Part shown: positions 25,599 through 39,652 of the stretch, piece by piece
How the letters are laid out: each line of letters opens with the position of its first letter
How positions within the stretch are numbered: the first letter of the stretch is position 1
Assembly: GCA_951406725.2 (NCBI GenBank)
Contig: OX597828.1
Span: 18,290,001-18,354,000, forward strand
Source of the DNA: Octopus vulgaris
Taxonomy: Eukaryota
Direction: 5' to 3'
DNA: 64,000 bases
Notes under the pieces: generated by a model
What the model was told of the DNA's origin: nothing
The model's input: only the letters and a program-made list of their open reading frames with translations
The model's database searches: none
Program-made: the position numbers and the translations under genes

Positions 25599-26178
25599 TT
25601 TCATTCAGTTAAAGGATCACGCAATAGTTTGGTGAAGTCGACTACAAGAGTATGTGCTAATTTCCAAACGGAAAGGTTGATTGCACCTTCGAAGTTTCGG
25701 CTTAACCGCTACCACCTGATTAAGGCTACTAAACCGAATCGTGAAAGTTACTGTCAAGTTTTACCTTGCTAAAAGCTAACATAGGTATATACTAATTCAC
25801 AAACACACACGCACGCACATGCACGCACACACATGTAATTATATACATACGTGTATATAATACGTACCGGAACTGCATCTAGGGACACCGTGTTTCAGGA
25901 TCATTGTCCTTCATCGGCCTAGAGTAGCAGACACCGGTCGGCTGGTGATATTTGCCTCGACTTCATAATTGTATATATGTATACTCAGTGCAGTTTATTC
26001 ACTGATTATTCACTGAAAAAATGTGTCGAAGCTATCAGGAGGCGTTCGATGCCTCCTAGGGCTATACAACGGTGGTATACCCCCTACTGTCACGTTCTTG
26101 TTAGATTGACAGTATACAACCATTCTATCGCCCCACCACCGTACATGTCTCTACGAGAGATTTAGAAATTCAATATTT

Positions 26179-26229
<51 letters not shown>

Positions 26230-26261
26230 TTATAAACATATATATATGTGTGTGTGCTTGT

Positions 26262-26534
26262 GACGGTGCATGACTCAGTGGTTAAAGCGTCAGGTCCACA
26301 ATCATGTGGTAGTGAGTGTGATTACAGTACCAGGCTGTGTGTTGTGTTCTTGAGCAAGAAACTTTATTTCATGTTGCTCCAGTTCACTCAGCTGTAGAAA
26401 TGAGTTGTGACATCACTGCTGCCAAGCTGTATTGGCCTTTGCCTTTCCTTTGGAGAGGACAGGTTAGTATGCTCCGGAGGGGAACTTTCTAGAGGCAATC
26501 CCATAGTCATTCCTGACCGAAGTGGGTCTTTACC

Positions 26535-26540
<6 letters not shown>
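26262..26540 (+). mobile_element. SINE family C
   Basis: TGACTCAGTGGTTAAAGCG...TTCTTGAGCAAGAAACTTTATTTCATGTTGCTCCAGTTCACTCAGCTG. Confidence 0.75.
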
Positions 26541-26577
<37 letters not shown>

Positions 26578-27149
26578 ATGGGTTTCTTTCAGTTACCGTC
26601 TATGAAATACTCAATTCACGCACAACACTTTCGTCTGCTTGGGGCTACAATAAACGACATTTTTTTCTAAGTGCTGCGCAGTGAAACAGAACCCACGATC
26701 TCACGGTCGGGAAGCAAGCTACTTAACCACACAGCCATACTAACGCGTAATGTCTACTTCAGATACACTATATACACGAAACTTATAACACTAAACTTTA
26801 TATACTGAACTAAAGGCAAGCGCTTCAACGATACCGCCATGTACAAAGAAGACATATATTCCTTTAACAACTTCACCCCATCCAGCTTCCGTTCTATGGT
26901 TTTCTGTCGCTATTCACAAACTTCGCAACGGCATTTGTGGTATAAGGTAAACAGAATCTGTTCGTCTTTTATAATTAAATTGAAACACTTGTCTGTCCAT
27001 TTTGTTTCTATTACGTGTTTCTAGTCAATATTATTCGACCAAGATATACGATATCAGTTTAACAATATGTGATAGAAATATGTAATTTATTCACATTTTA
27101 CGTATCACATAATTCCCAACACACTCGTAAAAGGAAATATAACCAAATT

Positions 27150-27895
27150 TACTAGTCTCTGGCTGATAAAATTTAATAGACTACACCACTCCCACAAAAT
27201 TTGTGGCGTTAGGCCAAATCGAGAAAATGTCGAATAAAATCAAGAAATATCTACGGTATTTCTTCCAGATCTTAAGTTCTGAGTTCAAATCACCCTGAAG
27301 TCCACTTTTATTCTTCTAGAATCGATCAATTAAAATACGAGTTATAAAATGGGGTCGATATAATCAACTCTTTCTGTCCTAAGTTTTCAAGTTCTGTAAC
27401 TCTGTTGATAACAATTAGAATTGTTAGAGCGTCGGAGGAAATCCCTGTGGTATTTGTTCGGTCTTGTTATTTTCCGAGTTCAAATCCAGCCGAGATCAGC
27501 AGTGTCTCTCTTTCTTCCTGGATCAATAAAATAAAGTAGTAGTCAAGAGCTGGGTCGACTGTGTCGACTAACCCAATGATGTGCTGTTAAAATTGCTGGC
27601 ATTCATCCTAAATCAGAAACAAATGATAATGCTAGCACGATGGCAGCATCGTTAAAGCGTTGGAAAAAGTGCATTGCGTTCTTTCTTCCCATTCATTACG
27701 CTTTGAATTCAAATCGAGCTGATATTATCTTTACCTATTATCCTTTCAGGGTCGTTAAAATAAAATACAATCAGGGACTGAGATCGATGCTGGCATTGGG
27801 CTTAACTTAGAAACCATTATAAGGAGGACGGTTTGGCAGAGTCGTGAGATCGTCAGGCAAAATGGTTAGCAGTATTTCTTCTGGTTCTTTATTAC
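27150..27895 (+). mobile_element. Cluster of old, degenerate SINE family A copies
   Basis: Repeated GAGTTCAAATC B-box and ...GATAAAATAAAGTA...GGGTCGA motifs at ~200-250 bp spacing. Confidence 0.6.
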
Positions 27896-27906
27896 GTGAG
27901 CATATA

Positions 27907-28626
27907 CCCGGACTGAATACGAGTTCGATAGAGTATAGCAAACCTTTCTTCGTTTATCGCGGGTTCATTCATCAACGATCTGAATTACCACTGTATACTC
28001 AATTGTTGCGTGTCAGGTTTATCACGATTTGATCTGGGATTATACGGAGCTGTCATCAGTCAAAGATACTTCTCGGATCACAGACGTGCACTACGGTGGC
28101 CATCCACAATGCTCGGTAGAAACTTGGATTCCAGGACCGAAACTTTTTCTCCCACATCTACTAGTATTAAACTATGTTTCTTTTCGCACGACATCTTTCT
28201 GAAACCAAATCCCTGTGATAAACGAAGACAGATGTATGATACAAGTCAAGCACCGAACTCGGTGTAAACCGCTAATACCCCGCCCTATAAATTTCTAGCC
28301 TTGTGCCTATGTTAGAAGCATTATTGTAATTGCTGGTGCTGTTTTGGTTATTGTTGTTATTATGTTGTTGTTTTCGTTGTAGTTCTATCTTCCTCCCGTT
28401 GCTCTTTGTCATTCTGGCAAGAACTACTTCCCCATTGCCCCCGTGGCTGGTTTAAAACATCCTAATTATCATTTTTTTAATAGATGGATCGTTTCCTTTC
28501 TCTTTTTTTCTCTCTGTATCCTATCGCTTAAAAGTGCTACAAAGACAGGTGAAGAACATATTTTAATTCTTTAAATCTGTTTTTTTTTTCTTTCGGTTTC
28601 ATTTTCCATCTCGTATTCAGTCCGGG
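27907..28626. mobile_element. Tc1/mariner-superfamily non-autonomous remnant
   Basis: Perfect 17-bp TIRs CCCGGACTGAATACGAG / CTCGTATTCAGTCCGGG, each flanked by TA. Confidence 0.65.
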
Positions 28627-28789
28627 TATATCCAAAACTAGATTAACCTGGGAATCGCTCATCATTTTTTTGCTTTTAATGATGTTCGAGAGTGTATTGA
28701 AGGAGAATGTAGTAAGTCAAGCAACGACGTACGCATAAGGATCACTCGCTAGGTCGAGTTACAGTAGGCAATATCTATTTATCTCTATC

Positions 28790-28860
<71 letters not shown>

Positions 28861-28937
28861 CTATCTATATTTATCTATCTATATCGATCTATCTGTTTAT
28901 ATCTATCTATCTATACCTATATATATTTATCTAACTA

Positions 28938-28979
<42 letters not shown>

Positions 28980-29003
28980 GCTATCTATCTATATCTATAT
29001 CTA

Positions 29004-29034
<31 letters not shown>

Positions 29035-29205
29035 ATCTATCTATCTGTCTATATCTATCTATATCTATCTATATCTATATATATATATATCTAGGTCGAG
29101 TAGTAAGAAAAAAAATATATATAACGGTAAGATATATGGGCGTATATATATATATATATATTTATATATACACAAGTATTTTTGTATGTATATATAGATG
29201 TATAG

Positions 29206-29285
<80 letters not shown>

Positions 29286-29421
29286 GTATATATATATATA
29301 TATACGTATACATGTATGAATGTATATATAAATATATATATACCTGTATGTATGTATATAAACATGTATGCATTGATATATATATATATACATATGTATA
29401 TATGGAGATGTATGCATATAT

Positions 29422-29479
<58 letters not shown>

Positions 29480-30359
29480 AACAGGATATCACTTATCTCA
29501 TAAATCTTCTCCTAAGGCTTTAACAAATTAGCTGAAATTAACTGTAAACAGAAATCGAAACCGGTCATCGCCTTGTCACGCAGAGGGAATATATCAACAG
29601 TAAAACTCGAAAAATAATATCTACTCTTTATTCTCTTCGCTTATGTAAATATTTCTATAATTACGAGTTTCCTTCTTCTTCTTAGAAAGAATTATGTCAT
29701 GACAAACAAAAAACAGTATTTTACAATACTAACTGTAAAAAATGTTGCCCGGATAGAAAGATTATAGTCATGTGTTTAGTGAGATTGAAAAAAAAAAAAA
29801 AGGAAATAATAGAAATGGTGGCTATTTGCGGTAAAAATATTCCAATGAAAACTTCTACTCAGTGCAAATACAACAGATATGATATTTCTCTGTGAAAGAG
29901 ATGGGGAAAATACTTTAGACACAGTAATGGATATCAGCTGCTCAGCAGATGTGAATATTTTTATCTTAAGTTTTGCGAAAAAAACGGAGGAAAACGTGAG
30001 TATAATTGTTATCGTTAGCATTCTCAAGACGGCGAGGTGGCAGAGCCGTTAAGCACGTCTTTATGTTCCGAGTTCAATTTCCGCTGAGCTCGGCTTTGTC
30101 CTTCATCCCCCTACGGGATCTATGCAATAAATACCAGGTCGATGTAATCAACTATCCCGTTGTCTTGATTTTCGGGTCTTGTACTTAACGTAGAAAGACA
30201 AGATCGTGGCGAGAGATGTATAAGAGAAAATACACCTAAGAACGTCGGCTTAAATACGGTGTATAGTATGCAGTTACATCCTTACTTGTAGTGAGTTCAA
30301 TTCTTACCGAGGAAAAACTGACTTTATATTTTATCTAACAACATTAGATAAAATGCCTC

Positions 30360-31050
30360 TAGAAATTACCTCAAATGGTAGCGCCCCTCAGTACCATTGC
30401 TAGGTCGAGGATTCTGGAAATTATCCATAGATTTCACTGATGCGAATGTCCTACAGAAAAGACCATCTAGTTCGTTTTCGCCTACACCTATAGTTTCCCC
30501 AGGAACACGATCACCCTTCCTCGAGACAAATCTCCTTTAAATTACTAGAGTGGATCATTCATCGATCCCGTTGCTCGAATGGTAGAGGATGGTCTGCAGC
30601 ATACGACAGTTTAGACGCATCCAAACATGGTCTTTGCTTCCTGCAGGGCAGCAGCTTGCTCAAGGAAACTAGTTGCATAATGTTGTTCCTTAGGAACGGT
30701 GCCTACACCCATTTAACGTCTATGAATTTCTACAGGAAGCGCTGCCTCAGTAAATGCCTGCGTCTCAGCAGCTAGGGCAGGCCAAATCCGCTATGCACGT
30801 GGGGCTGGTAGTAGGTGGTCTGCCTATCCAGTGGAACGCGTCTCTTCATCAGAAATCGGGTAGCGAACATTGTCGTCTTATCAGGCACGATACTCGAGTA
30901 GAAAATAAAAAGGGTGATATAGACATTCGCCGCCTTCGCCCGACCATTCAGAGGAAGTTTCCTCTCGGCTAATTTTCGGGTGAGTCTGGCTCCACTTTTC
31001 GCTACATCGACGCAATTCTAATTTACGTGGCGGTCAAGATCAAACTTAAT
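30360..31050 (-). mobile_element. Decayed Tx1/L1-clade LINE ORF2 fragment (post-RT region)
   Basis: Translation RKLPLNGRAKAANVYI...RFLMKRRVPL...SGFGLP*L.RR.LLR matches L1/Tx1 LSL.GR..V.N / GGLG.P motifs; GETIGVGENELDGLFCRTF..SMDNFQ aligns with the ORF at 50047-50475. Confidence 0.8.
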
Positions 31051-31999
31051 CCGATCGCGATAGGCCACGTGATGAGAATGTATAGAGAGCCATTGAAAAT
31101 GGATGAGAGTGAGCTCCAGAGATTATCTATTCGCTTATCTCGTATTTGTAGCGTTCGGAGGTCTTTAAATAAGTGGCCTTGCTTCCAAGCTGACCTCGGA
31201 GCGAATTTTCTCACCCGATCCAGAGAGAAGCCATGTCAGCTGGAGAGAAAAGAAATTTGAGTGGTACACTCACCTTGGTCCTACAGAAAGTCAGTTGATT
31301 CAGCCTAGCCTCGTCTATGGTTGAGCGGGAACTTTTGAAAGGCACAGCATTTCTACTGAACTATTTTTCATAAAATAACTCCACAGCAAATAGAAAATAA
31401 AACTGTTCCCAATTCTCTGCATGCTTGCGAATCGGTGTATATTTAGATTCTAAATTTAGGCGCTCTGGAGGAAAATCTCGATAAAGCCTCCCCCATTGAT
31501 AACAAACTTTTTTTTATTATTTATGACCTCCTCCCTCTTCAATTCAGTCTTGTTCTTTCCATCAACACTAATTCTAATGAACTTTCTTATGTAACTTTGC
31601 AGTTGCTGTTGTTAGCCTTGTGACTGATTTATCTTTTTTCTGTGTTGTTTTTTTTTCTGCCAGAGATGATGTGGGGTGGGCTGATGGGTTGCAGTTAAAA
31701 TGTGTTCGTGGTTTTCATTTATCTTGTTGCTGTTGTTGATCTTGTTCTTTATGTTGTTGTCGATAATGATGTTGTTGAAATTTTAGTGGAGTTTTTGATA
31801 TGTTGTAACCCTGAAGGAGGTGTCAGCCGCTCTTTTGAATAGCTCTGCTCTCATCGTGGGGCGGCGGTTTCTCCCAACAATGTTTTCCCTCAGTTACAGA
31901 CCTCTATAGTTTAGTTTGTAATCTCGACTTCGCTGTTTGGCGATATCCGCCACCCAAAGAGGTCCGGGGTATCCGAGGATGGAAATGAGTCTGTACAGA

Positions 32000-32680
32000 C
32001 GTGGCTGTGCGATAAGAAGCTTCATTCCCAACCATGTAGATCCAGTTTCAGTTTCACTACACGGCAACTTGGCAGAGTGTCTTCTAATATAGCTCCTGGT
32101 CGACCAAAATCATGTGAGTGGATTTGGTCGACGGGAACTGAAAGAAGCCCGTCGTGTGTATATGTGTGTGTGTGTGTGAGTGTCTGCGTGTGTGTGTGTG
32201 TGTGACGGGAGTGCGTCTTTGTGTCTGCATGTGTGTGTGTGTTTGTCTGCATGTGTGTGTGTTTGTCTGCATGTGTGTGTGTGTACACGGGAGTGCGCCT
32301 TTTTGTCTGCATGTGTTTGTGTGCATGTGTGTTTGTGTGCATGTGTGTTTGTGTGCATGTGTGTGTATCTGCATGTGTGTTTGTGAATGTGTGTGCGTGT
32401 GTGTTTCTACATGTGTGTGTGTGTGTGTGTCTGCACACGTGAGTGCGTCTTTGTGTCTTCGTTCGTCTCTCACCACTGTTTTATAACCGGTATTGGTGTG
32501 CTTATTTTCCTCTAACCTAGCGGTTCCGCAAAACAGACCGAACGAATAAGTACCAGGCTAACAAAAAGAAAAAAAAAAGTAAAAACATAAGTACTAGGGT
32601 CGATACATTCGACTAACAATTCTTCTAAGCGGTGCCCCAGCATGGCCGCAGTCCAATGACTGAAACAAGCAACAGATAAA
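32000..32680 (+). mobile_element. SINE family B with an expanded internal TG/TGCA microsatellite
   Basis: Head GTGGCTGTGCGATAAG, 3' module CCAGCATGGCCGCAGTCCAATGACTGAAACAAG. Confidence 0.8.
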
Positions 32681-32894
32681 AGCTGTATTTACTTGTGTGT
32701 GTACATCTGTATTATGAATGCTTGAATTTGGATAAACCTCATTCCGGTATTTTCTTTCAGCCACCTCATGTAGCCGACAGACGTGTTATCACTGACTTTT
32801 TCATTGCACCGAATTACGCAGATCTTTCGTTTACATGTTTAGTGCATGTCAAACAAGACAAGTACTTACGTCATCACGAATAACACAGATGTTC

Positions 32895-33173
32895 TATTAT
32901 TTTGTTAAGGTTATCTCAAAAGATATTCCATAGAAATTACAGTTAGCGCTAATTTTGTTACGACGTCTCGTATCCGAGCCGCCAGATATAAACAAACAAT
33001 AAGATCGATGGTGAAAAATGGGTAATGAACGTATATGTCCATTACCCATTTTTCGTCTTCGATCTCATTGTTCGTTTATATCTAACGCCTCGTATACGAA
33101 CGTAGCAACAAAAACCAGTGCTGGCCATAATTTTTTATGGAATATCTGTAGAGAAAACCTTAACGAAGTAATA
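32895..33173. repeat. Imperfect ~280-bp palindrome (foldback element)
   Basis: Arms mirror about 33033, e.g. GAAAAATGGGTAATG / CATTACCCATTTTTC and AGATATTCCATA / TATGGAATATCT. Confidence 0.8.
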
Positions 33174-33544
33174 TGTGCTCACTGCTAACACGGTATTGAC
33201 TTATAAAAACGTTTAATATATCTTATAGTATATTATGGTTGCATAACGAAATACTACGTACCTACAAGTCGTTAACAGATATTGTGATACATCTTGTGTT
33301 GATATAGGTGTTAGTGTGGTTGTCATAACTATGAGCAACGATTGAAGTAAATGGATTCGACCGTGATTCCAGGTGTGTTCTGATATCAGCTCTTGTTAAT
33401 GCCTACGTTGGTAAGCAAACTGGGTTTCTCTTAGTTGTGAAAGAAGAGATAAACCATTTACTGATTTAGGCTCGAAGAATCGGTTTAATTGTTGAAAGGA
33501 ACTTCCAAAAGGTGTTATGTTTGTATGTATGTATATGTATGTAC

Positions 33545-33591
<47 letters not shown>

Positions 33592-33770
33592 TATATATAT
33601 ATAAATTAGAAAAAAACCCACATTCTACCAATTCAAAATGAACAATTAAATTACACCATCCAGAAAATTACATATAATAGAAATATTAACATTAAAATAA
33701 CAATAAAATGTCAAAGATTAAGTAAATTGCAAAAAAAAAAAATAATAATAACGTATATAAATTGTAAAAT

Positions 33771-33808
<38 letters not shown>

Positions 33809-33856
33809 TATGTATATATATGTACGTGCGTATGTATGTATTTATACATGTTTACA

Positions 33857-33895
<39 letters not shown>

Positions 33896-34704
33896 GTGCG
33901 TATGTATGTATGTCATTCAGTTTTATTTAAAATTCTTGCCAATAGAGAAAGAGCCGGTTTCTAATCTAGATCCAAGAATCCTTCATTGAAATTTCAGCAA
34001 TATCAATGTAGGTATGTATGTACGTATGTGTGTATGAATGCTTATATGTACGTATTTATGCACGTTTGACAGTGTGTATGCCTCGTCAGTGTCAAACGAC
34101 GCACTCATATATCCATACTCTGCTATTGATTTCCGTTTATGAATAGCGTGGTTTATTTCATAATATTTATAGAAATATGATAACCGGATGTTATAATTTA
34201 GAGAAATAACAAGGTCAGTGTGAGGTGTAATAATATATCCTTGTTCGTGGGCGAGTGTCTAGTTAAATGTGACCTTGTGGAGTGTTTTGACACAGCGAAT
34301 GAGTGTGTCTGTATGTGTTTGCCCAATATGCTGGAAAGAGAAGTCAAATATTTCTTAATCTAATGTGTTACGAAGAGGAAAAGACATATTAGGCAGTCAG
34401 TGATACACAATGCTTGGAAACTATAACTGATTGATTATGGTGATAATGACTTCGATCACAAATCTGTTTGATCTCGGTCAATTTGAGACTAAATAACCAA
34501 CCAATCATGCCAGGGAAGAGAGAAAGAGCAATAATAATGCCAAACAAGTGTTGTGAGAAGAATTAAGAAAAGTATTATTTTCAAACGAATGATTACCAGA
34601 GAAACATAAGAACTATAGATTGGGGAGTGTCGCAGATATGTGATCGGGTGGGGTCTCTGTCACCATACGATTCCTAATGCCCTCCACCAAACAAACACCC
34701 CACA

Positions 34705-34752
<48 letters not shown>

Positions 34753-35330
34753 CACAGACTAGGGCTATAAAGTGATTTCAGAATTATGCTTCATAGTCAG
34801 TGCAGGATGAAATGCATTATGACTGGCGCTGCAGAGCAGGAAACCCTGTTCCTACTCATGTGACAGTGTCTGGCCCTTAAAAGATTTTTTGCTAGATAAG
34901 CTGAAAGGAAAGAAATCATGTTGATAGTAACAGAAATAGAGGACAACTGGTATCTTGGGAATAGCTATTTGCCGTCCCCAAGATAACACCAGTTACAAAT
35001 CTAGAAACAGAGTAAGTGATCGCTTCCTCCTCTTTCCCAAGAGTCAACCAGGAAACTGGTCGGGAAACGTGGGAGAGAGGATTTAAAAATCAAAATCACT
35101 TCCTCCCAGAAAATCATAACTATATTCCCTTAAGACGATGGGGAGCTGGAGGAGTAAACGAGGGTGGCAAGATACCAAGGGATCTTAAAATGAGAAGAAA
35201 ACACACGGAGAGCGGGAAGGAGGAATAGGAGAATGCAAGACACTTAAGTGGGGCTTACTTACGAGGACACAAGTGCTCGGGACAAATCTCACCTATCTAT
35301 CCATCTATCCATATAAATGGATCTATCTAG

Positions 35331-35400
<70 letters not shown>

Positions 35401-35451
35401 AAGTGTGTGTGTAGATGTATAATGTATGTATATATTTTGTATCACTCTATA

Positions 35452-35505
<54 letters not shown>

Positions 35506-35522
35506 ATGTTATATATGTGTGT

Positions 35523-35560
<38 letters not shown>

Positions 35561-36158
35561 AGATATATATATACATATAATATATATATAGGTTTTTTTC
35601 AGAGTGGTCATTTGTCCTTGCCAAATATGCACACGCACTATATATTCTTTCTTCCTTAGTTTATCTTTGTTTTCATGTTCACTGTATGATAATCTTTCAT
35701 CACACATGTGTGACCTCTTCAGTGACTCTTCCATAGACGTGTATCCTCGTGTTCTGTTTATTCCATTCTGTCTTTCCATGATGTACATCCTTATTTGCGA
35801 GAAGGCAGATTAAGATACAATTTATAGAGTATTATTGTCGATGAACTGCGACAACGTTTTCGAGGTAACTCTAGGCGTCGACGAAAACGAATCGGCCAGT
35901 CTGTCATCGACCCAGAAAGGATGAAAGGTAATGTCGACCTCATCGGAATTTAGATTCAGAAAGTAGAGACAAAGGAAATGGCGCTTGGCATTTTCTTCTT
36001 CGTTGGTAACCATTCTCACTCAGGTCGACATTGCCTTTCATCCTTTCTGTGTCGATAAAATGAATACCACCCAAATACTGGGGTCGATAAAATCAACTTT
36101 CCATCCAATAAAAAAAAAAAAACGCTGACCAAGTGCCAATATTTGAAACCAATAATAC

Positions 36159-36189
<31 letters not shown>

Positions 36190-37326
36190 GGTGGTGGTCG
36201 TCGTCGTCGTAGTGGTGGTGGTGGTCGTCATCGTCGTCGTAGTGGTGGTGGTGGAGTTTCTGCTGCTGCTGTTATTTATATACTTCTGGGCACTTTTTAA
36301 TTCGTTTAATTCAAGTATGTAAGTTAATTAATTTTTTTTAAAAAGTCCGACAGACCTACAAGAAATGGCAGCTAGAGGTTACTCAAATTACATTTGTACT
36401 GAGTCAGAAAAGGATAACACGGAGTGCAGTGTTCCTTCATATTTTCTATTGGAATGACATCGTCGGTGAATTTGCTTTACCAGGACTGACCTGAACCTAA
36501 ACATCAACATCAACAGTAACACCAAGAGCAACCGAAGCGACTTCAATATGCGAACGAGATTGTGGTTGGATAGCCGTTCACCTGATTTGACATAATAGTA
36601 ATTTCACCTTAAAATGGATGCAAAAGTTTTGGACAAGACGGCACAAGAAATGACAACTAGGATTAAGAATCTGTTTGGGAAAATGATGGGACAGACACGG
36701 CTATAGGGGTGTGAATGAACTACGGCTAAGTAATGACAACCGTAACAGCAACAGCAGCACCAGCAGTGGCAGAAGGTGGCGGGAGGCAGCATCGGTAACA
36801 GCAACAACAACAACAGTATTTGAATAGACCTTCATGGTTTGGTCTATTCAAGGTTTACATGGTAACAACGCCAAAACGGAAGAAGCAGCAGAAGTACGAA
36901 GGAAGGTTTTCTTTCAACTCGACAAGCTCTTCTAAGATTTCTTCGTAAATTGCATTATTTCGGGACGCATAATATACATCTGCACGCGCATATACTTACA
37001 AGTATGTATGTATGCATGTATGTATGTACGTGTGTATGTATGTATATATGCAAATATATGCATAAATGCATCTATGTATACATATACGTATATATGTATG
37101 TATGTATGTATGTATATATATCGATGTATATGTATATACGGGGGTATCTATATATCTGTTTATATAACTGTTCATATATATATATATATATGTATGTATG
37201 TATGTATGTATATATATACCTGAATGTATATCTGAATTCATACATGTAGATAATGTATGTATGTATGTATATATATATGTATGTATGTATGTATGTATAT
37301 ACGGGGGTATCTATATATTTGTTTTT

Positions 37327-37387
<61 letters not shown>

Positions 37388-37409
37388 TCTTCATATGTAT
37401 GTGTGTGCG

Positions 37410-37440
<31 letters not shown>

Positions 37441-37947
37441 GTAATCTTTATATAGAAATACCTGTATATTATTATTCTCCATCTCTATTTCCGTTCACGA
37501 CAGATGCGTTTGGCAAACGTATTAATGTGGTGACTATGATGAACGAACGTCAATTAATAAAATTTGGCGGAGTTAATTATTGTATAAATTTGCATTTTTC
37601 TAGCATTTAAGTTAAAATTAATACAGTCAGCACATATTGGAACGTATTGATAATGAGAAAAGGCCTTCCGGTGTCAATTTATGAGCTGAAGCTGCAAATA
37701 TTACACCGGGTTAATAATAGAACTTATTATTTCATCATGGCCGCCATTATTTGTAAACCCTTTTAACGCCTGTCATCACAGAGGTAATCATATACCAATG
37801 AAGGGAAGGGTATTGTCGTTTTTGCAAACTCGGGAATAATATTTGATAAGTATGGACGTCGTCAGTTGGCAAAGTAAACAGATGATGAAGCCCTAAAAGC
37901 TTGTTATATACATGTGTGTGTGTGTGTTTGTATGTGAGTAAGTTTGA

Positions 37948-37981
<34 letters not shown>

Positions 37982-38108
37982 AATGTATATATATATATGC
38001 ATATAGGTATGTATGTATACATGCATGTATATGTGTTTGTGTGTATGCGTGTTCTGAGAGAAAGATCGAGAGAATGAATGAGAGACACAAACCGATAGAA
38101 AGCCAGAG

Positions 38109-38163
<55 letters not shown>

Positions 38164-38575
38164 TATACATACATACTTACTTTCATACGTATATGGGTGT
38201 GTGAGAGCGTGTGTGTGTATGCATGTTAGATATGTAAATGCGCGTATATATATATGTCTGTATACATGAATGTATATATATGTATATACGCATATATACA
38301 TATGTACGTATATATATATATGCACGTACATATATACATATAAAAATATATATGCAACTACATGTGTATATATATATATATATATATGTATACATACCTA
38401 TTTGTTTTACACACACACACACCCATATGTCAGTATGCATATATCTATGAATATTCTGCGAGAAAGGCTGAGCGAGCGGATGAGAAAGACCAATAGATAG
38501 ATAGACAGAGGGTCATGCATACATACATACACACACACACATACATACATACGTATACATACTTGCATACATGCT

Positions 38576-38638
<63 letters not shown>

Positions 38639-38780
38639 ATGTGTCAACGTAAACGTTTAAGTATATAAATAACGCCGAGATAAAAATACGGATACACGAA
38701 TATCTGAATTTATTCCAAATTAGCTACAGTGTTAAATCTCTTGCGAATGTAGAGACACACACACACACATATATATATAT

Positions 38781-38831
<51 letters not shown>

Positions 38832-38874
38832 TATATACACATACTTACATATTCATACATACGTATACACATTT

Positions 38875-38915
<41 letters not shown>

Positions 38916-39185
38916 TATATGCACAAAACTCATATACATATAAGAAATGGCAGCGTAATCAATCTTCCATGATGTCAGCGGATAACTTGTATTATTTTTG
39001 TTTCGTTTTTCCTTTTTTTGTTGTTATTTTGTTGATTTATCCTTATATATTTATTTTCTCGACGTTTAGTTCACGTTGACTTTCGGTTCTGCTTCTTTCT
39101 GAGAGCATATTTGCACCTTATTTGGTCAGTAATTCTATTAAGACTCTCTGCTTTAACGAATGACATTGGCAGTATGCAGTTATAC

Positions 39186-39187
<2 letters not shown>

Positions 39188-39223
<36 letters not shown>

Positions 39224-39366
39224 CTGTATGTGTATATATATATATATGTATGTATGTATGTATGTGTATATATATATATATGTATGTATGTATGTATGTG
39301 TATATATATATATATGTATGTATGTATGTATGTGTATATATATATATGTATGTATGTATGTATGTG

Positions 39367-39397
<31 letters not shown>

Positions 39398-39544
39398 GTA
39401 TGTGTATATATATATATATGTATGTATGTATGTATGTGTATATATATATATATATATACATATATGTATGTATGTATGTATATATATATATATATATATA
39501 TACATATATATGTATGTATGTGTATATATATATATATATGTATG

Positions 39545-39585
<41 letters not shown>

Positions 39586-39597
39586 TATGTATGTATG

Positions 39598-39650
<53 letters not shown>
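39188..39650. repeat. (TA)n/(TATG)n compound microsatellite
   Basis: Direct reading. Confidence 0.92.
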
Positions 39651-39652
<2 letters not shown>

